64,000 bases of DNA. Source: a virus. The position numbers and the translations under genes are program-made. Positions 38,788 through 48,140 of the stretch are shown here, one piece after another. The DNA lies in the IMG/VR virus record IMGVR_UViG_3300027849_000009, one strand, 5' to 3'. The notes below the pieces were generated by a model that did no database searches, was not told the origin of the DNA, and saw nothing but the letters and a program-made list of their open reading frames with translations. How positions within the stretch are numbered: position 1 is the stretch's first letter; each line of letters starts with the position of its first letter.

Positions 38788-40380
38788 ATGGCAGGCGTAA
38801 AGATAACAGATTTAGACTCGGCATTCGGTGCACCCGCAATCGATGACGTTCTAATCATAGTAGATACAAGTACTAACTTGACCAAGCAGATTCGCGCGGA
38901 TGATTTGCTCCTTGGGCAGACTGCTGAAAAAGCGAACACTATATTGGTCTCGACAGACACGACATCAACCGAAGCGAAGATTCATTTCGGTAATGGCGCA
39001 TCAGGTACGTATGACTCTGTTGGTATTAGCAACTCGCTTACATACGATGCCGCAACAGGTTCTTTGACAGCACTTGCATTCGAAGGTAATGGTTCTGCTT
39101 TAACTGACTTGCCTCAGAATGATCCTGTCGTGAATGCTGTTGATGCTGGCACAGATGCTAATCCATATTATATAATGATTCGCAACAGTGCGACTGGATT
39201 AGACAGTGTACATACTCAGAGCAACTTAACATCTAATCCAAATACTGGTGTATTAACTACTCCTTTCTTTGCTGGTAACGGTTCGTTACTAACAGGTGTT
39301 CTTGCTGATAGTGCGACAAATGCTGACAGTGCAAACTTTGCTACCGAAGCGACTCATGCTCTATATGCTGACAGTGCTACACAGGCAGCAAGTGCTTTAT
39401 TTGCTCTAAATGCAACTCAAGCAGTTAATGCTGATAGTGCGACAGTCGCCACGTCCTCTTTGACCTCTGCTCTTGCTACATTTGCTCTTGCTGCCGACAG
39501 TGCCGCCAGCGCAAGTAATGCAGTGCAAGCACAATATGCTGACACCATTGCAACTACTACTGCCGCCTCCGAGACAACTTTGTATCCTTTCATGGGTACT
39601 GCTCAGACTGGATTACAAGCAACTCTTGCCGCTGATGCCGCATTAACATATAACGCATCGAACGGTAGATTATCTTCAACAGCATTTTCTGGTGATGGTT
39701 CTTTACTTACTAACTTACCTATTCCTGGTGGTGGTAGTATTGCTAACGCATTGAATGTACTTCCTTCTGCTGTAGATGCTTCACACTCCATTCTATTTGT
39801 TCAGAGTGCGACTGGTGTAGATAGTGTAAACACAGATGCGGGTTTACTGTACAATCCATTAAGCAACTTATTAACTGCTGGTGCTTTCTCTGGTGAAGGT
39901 AAACTACTCACTGAAGTACCTGCAACAAAGATTAACTCTAACTTTAATCCTACTACTGGCACTCAGTATATAATGTTGAAAGCATCTCAGACGGGTTCTG
40001 ATAGTGTATCGACAGATGGTGGTATCGTATTTGATGCAGGAACTAATACACTAACTGCTACAAATCTTGCTGGTAATGGTTCGAACATAACAGACGTAGC
40101 GGCAGTCTCTGCTACTAACGCTGCCAACATAGCGATCACCACGATCAATGATAGTGCAACATACTATGTGCATCTTGGTTCGGCAGCATCTGGTAATGAT
40201 AACACTAACGTGGATCTCAATCTAACATACAATCCTTTGCAGAATCTATTGAATAGCGGTATCGCGTATACTACAGATAGCGCAGGATTATGGAACGGTG
40301 CGGCACCCACAACTCTTGACTCAGCAGTCAATCGATTTGCGATATTACTTAAAACATTAAACAGTCAAGTAGGCGCTTAA
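38788..40380 (+). CDS. Fibre-like virion protein
   Basis: N-terminal 'KITDL' motif, repeated 'LTYN...F.GNGS.LT' modules, Ala-rich 'ADSA' stretch. Confidence 0.7.
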   Translation: MAGVKITDLDSAFGAPAIDDVLIIVDTSTNLTKQIRADDLLLGQTAEKANTILVSTDTTSTEAKIHFGNGASGTYDSVGISNSLTYDAATGSLTALAFEGNGSALTDLPQNDPVVNAVDAGTDANPYYIMIRNSATGLDSVHTQSNLTSNPNTGVLTTPFFAGNGSLLTGVLADSATNADSANFATEATHALYADSATQAASALFALNATQAVNADSATVATSSLTSALATFALAADSAASASNAVQAQYADTIATTTAASETTLYPFMGTAQTGLQATLAADAALTYNASNGRLSSTAFSGDGSLLTNLPIPGGGSIANALNVLPSAVDASHSILFVQSATGVDSVNTDAGLLYNPLSNLLTAGAFSGEGKLLTEVPATKINSNFNPTTGTQYIMLKASQTGSDSVSTDGGIVFDAGTNTLTATNLAGNGSNITDVAAVSATNAANIAITTINDSATYYVHLGSAASGNDNTNVDLNLTYNPLQNLLNSGIAYTTDSAGLWNGAAPTTLDSAVNRFAILLKTLNSQVGA

Positions 40381-40422
40381 CACTAAGTCTAAATAACAGA
40401 AAGTATTTGAGGAAGAATAGAA

Positions 40423-41085
40423 ATGGCAGATATTAAGATATCGGCACTACCAGTACTAACATCAGCGGTTGATTCTGATGTTATTGTTATTAATGACGTA
40501 AGTACTGGAACGACGAAGAAGATTACCCGTGGTCTTTTGTTGAATCATCTAGCAAAGCAACTACGGGACTCTGCTGATGGCGGTATTGTCATTCCGAATG
40601 GCGACCTTACTCTTGCTAACGAACTAATCGCTGGTGGTGATATCTCAACTTCGGGTACAATTAACTTTGGTATCCTGCGAGATTATGTTAATAACACATA
40701 TGCAACTTCAATAGTTGATTCTGCTGGTGGTTATGATCTAAGTGATAGTGCTTTAACTACAACTTTGTCAGTTGTTCAATATCTTGCAACACACACTTCT
40801 GATCTAATTAGAATTGATTCTGCTGGACCTACACTCACTACACTATATCCAGTAATGACAAGTATTGTTGCGGGCGAAGATAGTGCGAGAACAGATACAC
40901 AACTATCATACAATCCTCAGACAAATATTCTAACTGCGGGTTCTTACTCTGGTTTAGGCAACTTACTTGGTTACACAGCAGATAGTGCAGGACTCTGGAC
41001 TAGTCCGGCACCAACAAATGTTAAAGATGCGATAGACAGACTAGCATTAACAGTCAAAACACTGAATAGTCAAGTAGGCGCTTAA
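40423..41085 (+). CDS. Short fibre-like protein, paralogue of the preceding gene
   Basis: 'KISALP' N-terminus. The C-terminus 'DSAGLW...APT...KTLNSQVGA' is shared with 38788..40380. Confidence 0.7.
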   Translation: MADIKISALPVLTSAVDSDVIVINDVSTGTTKKITRGLLLNHLAKQLRDSADGGIVIPNGDLTLANELIAGGDISTSGTINFGILRDYVNNTYATSIVDSAGGYDLSDSALTTTLSVVQYLATHTSDLIRIDSAGPTLTTLYPVMTSIVAGEDSARTDTQLSYNPQTNILTAGSYSGLGNLLGYTADSAGLWTSPAPTNVKDAIDRLALTVKTLNSQVGA

Positions 41086-44000
41086 TGCACAACGTCTTTA
41101 CGGATAATAGAAGAAGACATCTTAATCTGCGCGAACCGCAGGTGCAGAGTGTTTTGCCTGAGCATTTTGCTGATGCTTATCCCAAGTTCATAAAACTTCT
41201 TGAAGAGTATTATGAGTGGCAAGGTGAGTATGAAGCGACCGAACTTCTCAATCATTTATTCGCATCTCGTGATATTAACGAGACTGACGTTACTCTACTC
41301 TCATTCATTGAAGATGAGTTACTTCTGGGCGAGAATTACTTCGAAGGTTTTGGACAATCAGAGGCAGAGAAACGTGCTGCCGCAAACTTCTCTAGCACAT
41401 TGTTTCGTGCCAAAGGATCTAAGTTTGCTATTGAGTGGTTCTTCAGATCGTTCTATGGTTTGGATGCCGAAGTTCTTTATCCCAAAGAAGACATATTCAA
41501 TGTATCAGATGGCGAGTCTCGTATTGGTCCTGACTATCTAAACTTCTTAACTGATGATAAACTGTATCAGACATATGCTCTGCTTATTCGTGTAGGTATT
41601 CCTATCTCACAATGGTCAGAAGTATTTAAGAAGTTTGTGCATCCTGCGGGAATGTATCTTGGCAGTGAAGTACTACTTGCTTCAGATAATATCAGTAACA
41701 TGAATTTACCCAATGATAGTGCAGTAGCAAGAACTTCTACGTCATTCACTCTCACAAATGATGGTCCTACTGATGAAGGACAAACAACTAACTTTAGAGT
41801 AGTCGCCAATAATGTGCCCGAGAAAACTGGTGTTGTATATGCCTATGTTACTCACGGTTCGACTACAGATGCAGATTTCCCTCTGAATGCATTTACCATA
41901 CCTGCTCACGGACCTCTCAATCGCTATCCTGCTATTAACAAGACAATACCTCTACTCACAGACAGTGGCGGTGCTACATTAATAAACATTAATAACGACA
42001 GCGCAACTTTCTCAATAAGAAGTTGGGTTGATAGTGATGGTGGTGCTAGTAGCGAAAACTACCTACTACATATTATGGATCATGAAGGTAGGGCATTAGA
42101 AAGTACAACTGTCACTATCAACAATGTTGAACCATCATACTCATTAGTTCCTAGTAGCGAGACACCTAATGAAGGTGATGTGATAACATATACAATCACA
42201 GGATCAAACACACCTTACGATGGTGAAACTTCTTTGTTTTACCATCTAGTTCATGGCGGCACAAACGATTCAGATTTTACAGTTCCTCCTCAACAAGTTG
42301 TCAATGATCAGACTGCCGCTTCAGAAATAACTTTATCTGGCGGCACAGGTTCGTTCTCACTTAAAACTATTATCGACGGCGCATCTGATGATGCCGAAGA
42401 ATTCACAGTTAATATTACTGATTCTAAGAAGTTACAAGTTGCAACCAGAACAGTTTCAGTACAGCAAGTCGCAACCTCTTTTGTAGTCAGTGCCGACAAT
42501 ATAGTTGAAGGTAATTCTCTCTTACTTACTGTTGTGGTAAATACGGCAGAGATTGGAGATTCACTGACATATGTTATCACTAATGGCGATGCTAGAATTG
42601 GACTTCTAACAGAAACCTTTACTGCTCCCTCTGAATCATTCGTTAAAGTTATACCCACTTCAGTGAGTAGTTTATATCAAGGAACTATTACACCTACTAT
42701 CAGTGTAACAAACAATGTAACTGGTATTACAGTGACAACGACCTTTCAATTGTCAGATGTGACTCCTGTATGGGACATGACCTCAGAACCAGAGTTCGCT
42801 GTTCAAGGTGACCAAATTACTTTCAAAGTTGACGGAACAAATCTTCCTGATCCTACTACTGTATGGTTCGAAATACTTCACGGCACAACTGCTAATGCGG
42901 ATTTCACAACAACACCTCCGCAGACAGGCACACGTTCATCGACTGCTATTAGTGATCCAGGTGATACTGTCTTTCAGATTACTGTTGATAGTGATGGTGA
43001 AGTTGCTGATGAATCATTCACTGCGCGTCTATATGACGCCGACGCTGGCGGTAATCTGTTAGCATCTATTCCTTACGTGATACAAGGTACTAACACTTCA
43101 TATGTTTTAACGCCTAGTGTCACTACAGTAAATGAAGGTGGTCAAGTTACATTCACCTTTACTACTAATCAACCAGACGGAACATACTATTGGTATATAC
43201 CGACATATTCTGGGTATACAATACAAGTCGAAGACTTTAAGTTTCCGAACGGTGGTTTCGGTAATGGTTATCCTATAGGCACAAATGATAATAGATATTC
43301 GTTTGTTGTAACTGGCGGTACTGGTACAATTCTTGTTGAATTGCTTAATGATACGCTTACCGAGGGCGCAGAATCATTCAATTGTTTAGTATCAACATCT
43401 GCTAATGCAAGCGTACCTCCTATTGCGTCTAGTGCAAATGTTACAGTAAATGATACGTCCATAACAATCTATTCTGTTACTTCTAACAATCCTGTTGAAG
43501 GCAGCACTCTGGATATAGTGGTTACTGCGACAAACCAAACTAATCCAAACAGCGAGACACTGTATATCGAGGTTACTGGATCCCCAGTAGTTGGTAGAAT
43601 ACCTACGCAACAATTTGCATCAACTAGTAGTTCGTATATTCGAAATATATTTGTGAGTACAACTTCTAGTACTACATATCAAGGTACTTCTGTCGGTGGA
43701 GTTTCTGTTTCACGTGGTAACTATGCATCTTTAGGCGGAACATTAATAGATTCTGTAACATTCCAACTAGTGGATCAAGCGCCAGCAATGACGTTGACTC
43801 CTAATGCCACGACTGGTACTGAAGGCGACACAGTAACATATACTGTTGGTGGAACTAACATTCAGAACGGTACTTACTACTGGTACGATCCTGCAATAGT
43901 TAAAACACTTGACTGTCCCAATGGTCGAAGTTCTGGCACGTCACAGATCGATCACCAAGGTCCTTCAAATCTTGGTTTAGATTTAGAAGTAGGAATGTCA

Positions 44001-44966
44001 ACTGATGATGCTGACATACCAGGCACAATAACTAGTGTAATTAATACCGGTTCTACTACTGGTTATATAACTATGTCAGAACCGACAACTAGAGCAACAG
44101 TTACAGGTGAACATATAAAGTTTGCTTTCCCTGCGGACTGGGCAGATGCAACCGAACTCTATGGTACTGTAGCAGTATCAAGCAACGCGGGCACTTTCGA
44201 GTTAGACACTCTTGTGAATTCTGATTTCAATGATGACGTATATTCTATGAGAGTCTTTGATAATTTATTCTCATATAATACATATCTTGGCGCCAATCTC
44301 GGACTTGCTACTGCCGCAACTGTTACTATTGCAGACACTAATCCGGCATCTGTGAATTTACAATATAATACTGGCAACTCTCTCTCAGCAAGTTTCTTTA
44401 ATGTTTTTGGAAATGCGCAAGTTACAACTCTAATGACTGAGTACAATGATACCGGTCAAGGAATCGTGTGGAAGAATTTTACTCCGCATTACGCTTCAAG
44501 CAGTCCCACTGAGGATTTCGGTAATCCGGCGTATGATAATAACTGGATTCTTCCTGTCGAAGCAAGGCAAGATTATATTGGTTCGAATTACCAGATGAAT
44601 GTTAGATTTTATAACGATTCACAAAGAACTATTGCTACAGTACCTGATCAATCAACTGGTGGTGGTTCGGGTTATTCATACGTAAATGGCCAGCGTTTTG
44701 TGGACGGTGTAGAAGTTGATACCTGGGACAATTCAGCAACTCAATGGTGGGTGGTTGGGTCGACTACAGAAAGTGGCACACATTATTTTCGACATATAGC
44801 ACAAACAACGCCTACCGGCGGTAGCGCCAATGTTAGTAATTTCAGATGGGTAACAGTAACCATTAAAGAATTTAGTGGGACTTTAGGTACAGGTACAACT
44901 CTTTTGACATATAACTATCAATCGTATGTCAGTGCCGTCACAGAAACCTGGCAGGGTGGATTTTAA
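41085..44966 (+). CDS. gp7: gp7-like baseplate wedge protein fused to tandem Ig/Calx-beta-like domains
   Basis: 'LPEHF...YPKFIKLLEEYYEW', 'FRAKGS...FFRSFYG', 'YQTYALLIR...KKFVHPAGM'. Then repeated 'NEG...TF.....DF...G......D...E.F' modules. Confidence 0.75.
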   Translation: MHNVFTDNRRRHLNLREPQVQSVLPEHFADAYPKFIKLLEEYYEWQGEYEATELLNHLFASRDINETDVTLLSFIEDELLLGENYFEGFGQSEAEKRAAANFSSTLFRAKGSKFAIEWFFRSFYGLDAEVLYPKEDIFNVSDGESRIGPDYLNFLTDDKLYQTYALLIRVGIPISQWSEVFKKFVHPAGMYLGSEVLLASDNISNMNLPNDSAVARTSTSFTLTNDGPTDEGQTTNFRVVANNVPEKTGVVYAYVTHGSTTDADFPLNAFTIPAHGPLNRYPAINKTIPLLTDSGGATLININNDSATFSIRSWVDSDGGASSENYLLHIMDHEGRALESTTVTINNVEPSYSLVPSSETPNEGDVITYTITGSNTPYDGETSLFYHLVHGGTNDSDFTVPPQQVVNDQTAASEITLSGGTGSFSLKTIIDGASDDAEEFTVNITDSKKLQVATRTVSVQQVATSFVVSADNIVEGNSLLLTVVVNTAEIGDSLTYVITNGDARIGLLTETFTAPSESFVKVIPTSVSSLYQGTITPTISVTNNVTGITVTTTFQLSDVTPVWDMTSEPEFAVQGDQITFKVDGTNLPDPTTVWFEILHGTTANADFTTTPPQTGTRSSTAISDPGDTVFQITVDSDGEVADESFTARLYDADAGGNLLASIPYVIQGTNTSYVLTPSVTTVNEGGQVTFTFTTNQPDGTYYWYIPTYSGYTIQVEDFKFPNGGFGNGYPIGTNDNRYSFVVTGGTGTILVELLNDTLTEGAESFNCLVSTSANASVPPIASSANVTVNDTSITIYSVTSNNPVEGSTLDIVVTATNQTNPNSETLYIEVTGSPVVGRIPTQQFASTSSSYIRNIFVSTTSSTTYQGTSVGGVSVSRGNYASLGGTLIDSVTFQLVDQAPAMTLTPNATTGTEGDTVTYTVGGTNIQNGTYYWYDPAIVKTLDCPNGRSSGTSQIDHQGPSNLGLDLEVGMSTDDADIPGTITSVINTGSTTGYITMSEPTTRATVTGEHIKFAFPADWADATELYGTVAVSSNAGTFELDTLVNSDFNDDVYSMRVFDNLFSYNTYLGANLGLATAATVTIADTNPASVNLQYNTGNSLSASFFNVFGNAQVTTLMTEYNDTGQGIVWKNFTPHYASSSPTEDFGNPAYDNNWILPVEARQDYIGSNYQMNVRFYNDSQRTIATVPDQSTGGGSGYSYVNGQRFVDGVEVDTWDNSATQWWVVGSTTESGTHYFRHIAQTTPTGGSANVSNFRWVTVTIKEFSGTLGTGTTLLTYNYQSYVSAVTETWQGGF

Positions 44967-44968
44967 TA

Positions 44969-45889
44969 ATGCATAACATAGATGCAAATGATTTAGTATA
45001 TGAGCAAGATGAATTGGATCCTAGGGTTTGGTTTTGTAATTTTCTTGATCCTGACGGAAATCTTGATAAGAGCGGAAATGTTTGTGTTAAGTATAGAGTC
45101 CCTGTAGTTTTTAATAATGATGGTACTATTAATTACGCCGAGTCGTATACCGCTATTAATACTTTACATAAACACGAATCGTGGGAATTTTATAGAACAT
45201 TAATTCCTAGCAGTGACAACCCTGCCGCTAACGTGTATGTTAATGGTCAAATAAAAAGAGTAGATCGTTTAATTGGTGAAACAGAAGGTCAAGAACTTGT
45301 TGATATTGTCGAGTCTCGTTTTCCCGCGTATGATCTTGAAACGTGTAATTTGAATGTGGTAGGCAGTTACGGTCCGTATAGACCACCATATACTGCGGCA
45401 TCGTCAATAAGTTTCTATGATATGGAGATGTTCACTGATCCAGCAACGGATTTTGCTAATGTTAATCAATACGTACATAGACGACCTCCACATTCAAAAT
45501 ACAATGTAGACTTAAACGTATATACAATGTTGATGCCTTGGTTCGGTTATAAGTTTAACCTTGATGATGACACTGTGTCAATGAAGATTGTTCACCGAAA
45601 TAGAATACCTTCAGTCACCTATCCTCCTGTGCCTGAAGGTGAGTTAAAAAATATATACTATGCTAGAATACACAACGAAGATGGCACTATAGATAACATG
45701 AACGATGTGTTTTTTGATGTATATTGGGATGATGTGCAGAGATATTGTACAGAGCATGATTTAGATTATCCGATACCAGAAGGTGTTGATGCTACTCATG
45801 TTCTTGTTTGGGGTATTGTGTTTAATGGTACTACCGGTGTACCGGTGATGGTAAAAGGATATGAAAGCAGAGATGTCGTTCCAACTTGA
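44969..45889 (+). CDS. Hypothetical protein
   Basis: 306-aa ORF coupled to the gp7-like gene. No motif recognised. Confidence 0.7.
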   Translation: MHNIDANDLVYEQDELDPRVWFCNFLDPDGNLDKSGNVCVKYRVPVVFNNDGTINYAESYTAINTLHKHESWEFYRTLIPSSDNPAANVYVNGQIKRVDRLIGETEGQELVDIVESRFPAYDLETCNLNVVGSYGPYRPPYTAASSISFYDMEMFTDPATDFANVNQYVHRRPPHSKYNVDLNVYTMLMPWFGYKFNLDDDTVSMKIVHRNRIPSVTYPPVPEGELKNIYYARIHNEDGTIDNMNDVFFDVYWDDVQRYCTEHDLDYPIPEGVDATHVLVWGIVFNGTTGVPVMVKGYESRDVVPT

Positions 45890-46088
45890 TACAACTGAAA
45901 TAGATAAGAAATTCTGGGATAAAACAAACGAAGAGTTGAGTATTGCCAAGCAAAGATATGTTGATGTTCGTATTGAACAACTTGCCGAAGAGCGAGATAA
46001 GAATACTGATACATATGACATAGCGTGGTATAATCGACTCATCGAAGAATTGACTTGGGCACAACAAATGTCTGAGCGAAAGAGATAG
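45861..46088 (+). CDS. Hypothetical small protein (start may be 45873)
   Basis: Fills the gap before gp16. 'WYNRLIEELTWAQ'. Confidence 0.6.
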   Translation: MKAEMSFQLDTTEIDKKFWDKTNEELSIAKQRYVDVRIEQLAEERDKNTDTYDIAWYNRLIEELTWAQQMSERKR

Positions 46089-46091
46089 TAT

Positions 46092-46457
46092 ATGGCAGAA
46101 CATGATAACATTGATGCGGACTACAACACCTCTCGTGACACATACAACGATCTGATTGACAAGGGACGCGAGTCTTTAGAGTTGATGATTGAAGTTGCTC
46201 GTGAGAGTGAACATCCTCGGGCATTCGAAGTTCTTTCTGGCATGATTAAAAACATATCTGATGTCAATGATAAGTTGATGGACTTGAATAAGAAGTACAA
46301 AGAAGTTACCGCAACTACTAAACCCGCTTTAGACGCGCCTAGTACTGTTACTAATAATAATGTATTCATTGGCAGTACAACAGACTTACAGCGAATGCTG
46401 ATTAAGAATGCCGAAGAGCAAAAGGTAATTGATGTCGTTCCAGACGAATCTCAATAG
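46092..46457 (+). CDS. gp16: Terminase small subunit
   Basis: 'DYNTSR...ARESEHPRAFEVL...NNNVFIGSTTDLQRML'. Confidence 0.93.
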   Translation: MAEHDNIDADYNTSRDTYNDLIDKGRESLELMIEVARESEHPRAFEVLSGMIKNISDVNDKLMDLNKKYKEVTATTKPALDAPSTVTNNNVFIGSTTDLQRMLIKNAEEQKVIDVVPDESQ

Positions 46458-48054
46458 CGGCACATCCTATCTCGGTAATCCTAATGTAAAACGTGACGGC
46501 GTATTACAGCAATGGACTGAGTGGGAAGTCATGGAGTACGCGAAGTGCAGTAATGATCCTGCCTACTTTGCTCGTACTTACATTAAGATTATATCATTGG
46601 ATGAAGGTCTTGTAAACTTTAATCTATATGATTATCAAGAAAATATGTTTGACCACTTCGACTCACACAGATTCACTATCGTGCTTGCCTGTAGACAGTC
46701 AGGTAAATCTATATCATCTGTTGTATATCTTTTGTGGTATGCACTCTTTCATCCAGAGAAAACGATTGCTGTTCTAGCGAACAAAGGAGCAACCTCTCGT
46801 GAAATGCTACAACGTATTACACTTGCTCTTGAAAACCTACCGTTCTTTCTGCAACCAGGTTGTAAAGCACTCAACAAAGGTTCTATTGAATTTTCTAATA
46901 ATAGTCGAATTATTGCCGCTGCTACTAGTGGGTCTTCTATTCGGGGTATGTCTGTTAATCTGTTGTTTCTCGATGAGTTTGCTTTCGTTGAACGCGCTTC
47001 TGAGTTCTATACTTCAACGTATCCAGTTGTCTCTGCGGGTAAAGATACAAAAGTTATCATCACCTCAACTGCCAACGGAATAGGTAATACATATCACAAG
47101 ATATGGCAGGGAGCAACACAGGGCGTTAATGAATATAAACCATTCACTGTAAACTGGTGGGATGTACCTGGACGAGACGAAGAGTGGAAGCGACAGACTA
47201 TCGCGAACACTTCGCAGTTGCAGTTCGATCAAGAATTTGGTAACACCTTCTTCGGAACAGGTGATACGCTGATTAATGCTGGTTGTCTATTAGACTTGAG
47301 AGCAATTAATCCTATACAGATACTAGAAGGCGGTGATTGCCTCGTATATAAAGAACCTGTAAAAAGTCACGAATATATCATGACTTGTGATGTAAGTAAG
47401 GGAAGAGGACAGGATTATTCTACATTTACTTTAATCGATATTACTACAAGACCTTTTCAACAGGTATGTGTATATCGCAACAACAATATCTCTCCATTAC
47501 TCTTCCCTGACATTATATATAAATATGCGAAAGTCTACAATGAAGCGTATGTTATAGTCGAGTCAAACGATCAAGGCACTGTAGTGTGTCAAGGTCTGTA
47601 TCACGACTTAGAGTATGAGAATGTCCATGTCGAATCTGCTACTAAAGCAAATCGAATTGGTGTTGAAATAACCCGTAAGTCGAAGCGACTAGGTTGTTCT
47701 GCTATCAAAGATATTCTTGAAGAGAATAAGTTAGAAATCGTCGATGAGAATACTATCTTTGAGATGTCCACGTTTACAGCACAGGGACAATCTTATGAAG
47801 CATCAGATGGTAATCACGATGACTTGATGATGAATCTAGTGATGTTTGGTTACTTTGTATCCACACAGTTCTTCGCAGACATGACAGATATTAATTTAAA
47901 GCAGATGATGTTCGAGAATCAAGTAAGACAGATCGAAGATGATATCGTGCCCTTTGGTTTTATTGACAACGGCGACGATGAAATAAACAGAATAGAACAA
48001 GTAGAGAATGATAAGCACCAGCAATGGGCAACATGGGGTAACGATGATTATTGA
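46432..48054 (+). CDS. gp17: Terminase large subunit
   Basis: Walker A 'RQSGKS', 'LLFLDEFAF', 'TSTANG', nuclease 'DVSKGRGQDYS', 'HDDLMM'. ATG at 46432. Confidence 0.97.
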   Translation: MSFQTNLNSGTSYLGNPNVKRDGVLQQWTEWEVMEYAKCSNDPAYFARTYIKIISLDEGLVNFNLYDYQENMFDHFDSHRFTIVLACRQSGKSISSVVYLLWYALFHPEKTIAVLANKGATSREMLQRITLALENLPFFLQPGCKALNKGSIEFSNNSRIIAAATSGSSIRGMSVNLLFLDEFAFVERASEFYTSTYPVVSAGKDTKVIITSTANGIGNTYHKIWQGATQGVNEYKPFTVNWWDVPGRDEEWKRQTIANTSQLQFDQEFGNTFFGTGDTLINAGCLLDLRAINPIQILEGGDCLVYKEPVKSHEYIMTCDVSKGRGQDYSTFTLIDITTRPFQQVCVYRNNNISPLLFPDIIYKYAKVYNEAYVIVESNDQGTVVCQGLYHDLEYENVHVESATKANRIGVEITRKSKRLGCSAIKDILEENKLEIVDENTIFEMSTFTAQGQSYEASDGNHDDLMMNLVMFGYFVSTQFFADMTDINLKQMMFENQVRQIEDDIVPFGFIDNGDDEINRIEQVENDKHQQWATWGNDDY

Positions 48055-48067
48055 AAATAGTGGTATG

Positions 48068-48075
48068 TATAAATA
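48068..48075 (+). promoter_or_regulatory. T4-type late promoter TATAAATA
   Basis: Exact motif upstream of gp18. Confidence 0.85.
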
Positions 48076-48140
48076 AAACATTGATATCTAATCGTATTAT
48101 GAAAATCTTATCATATGTTTAACTAATAAAGGACAAGACC

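Noticed and set aside
27701-41085. Bacteroidota host inferred from the DS(A/V) sequon
   Set aside because: TTGACA/TATAAT promoters and GGAG Shine-Dalgarno sites do not fit Bacteroidota expression signals, and host O-glycosylation is periplasmic.
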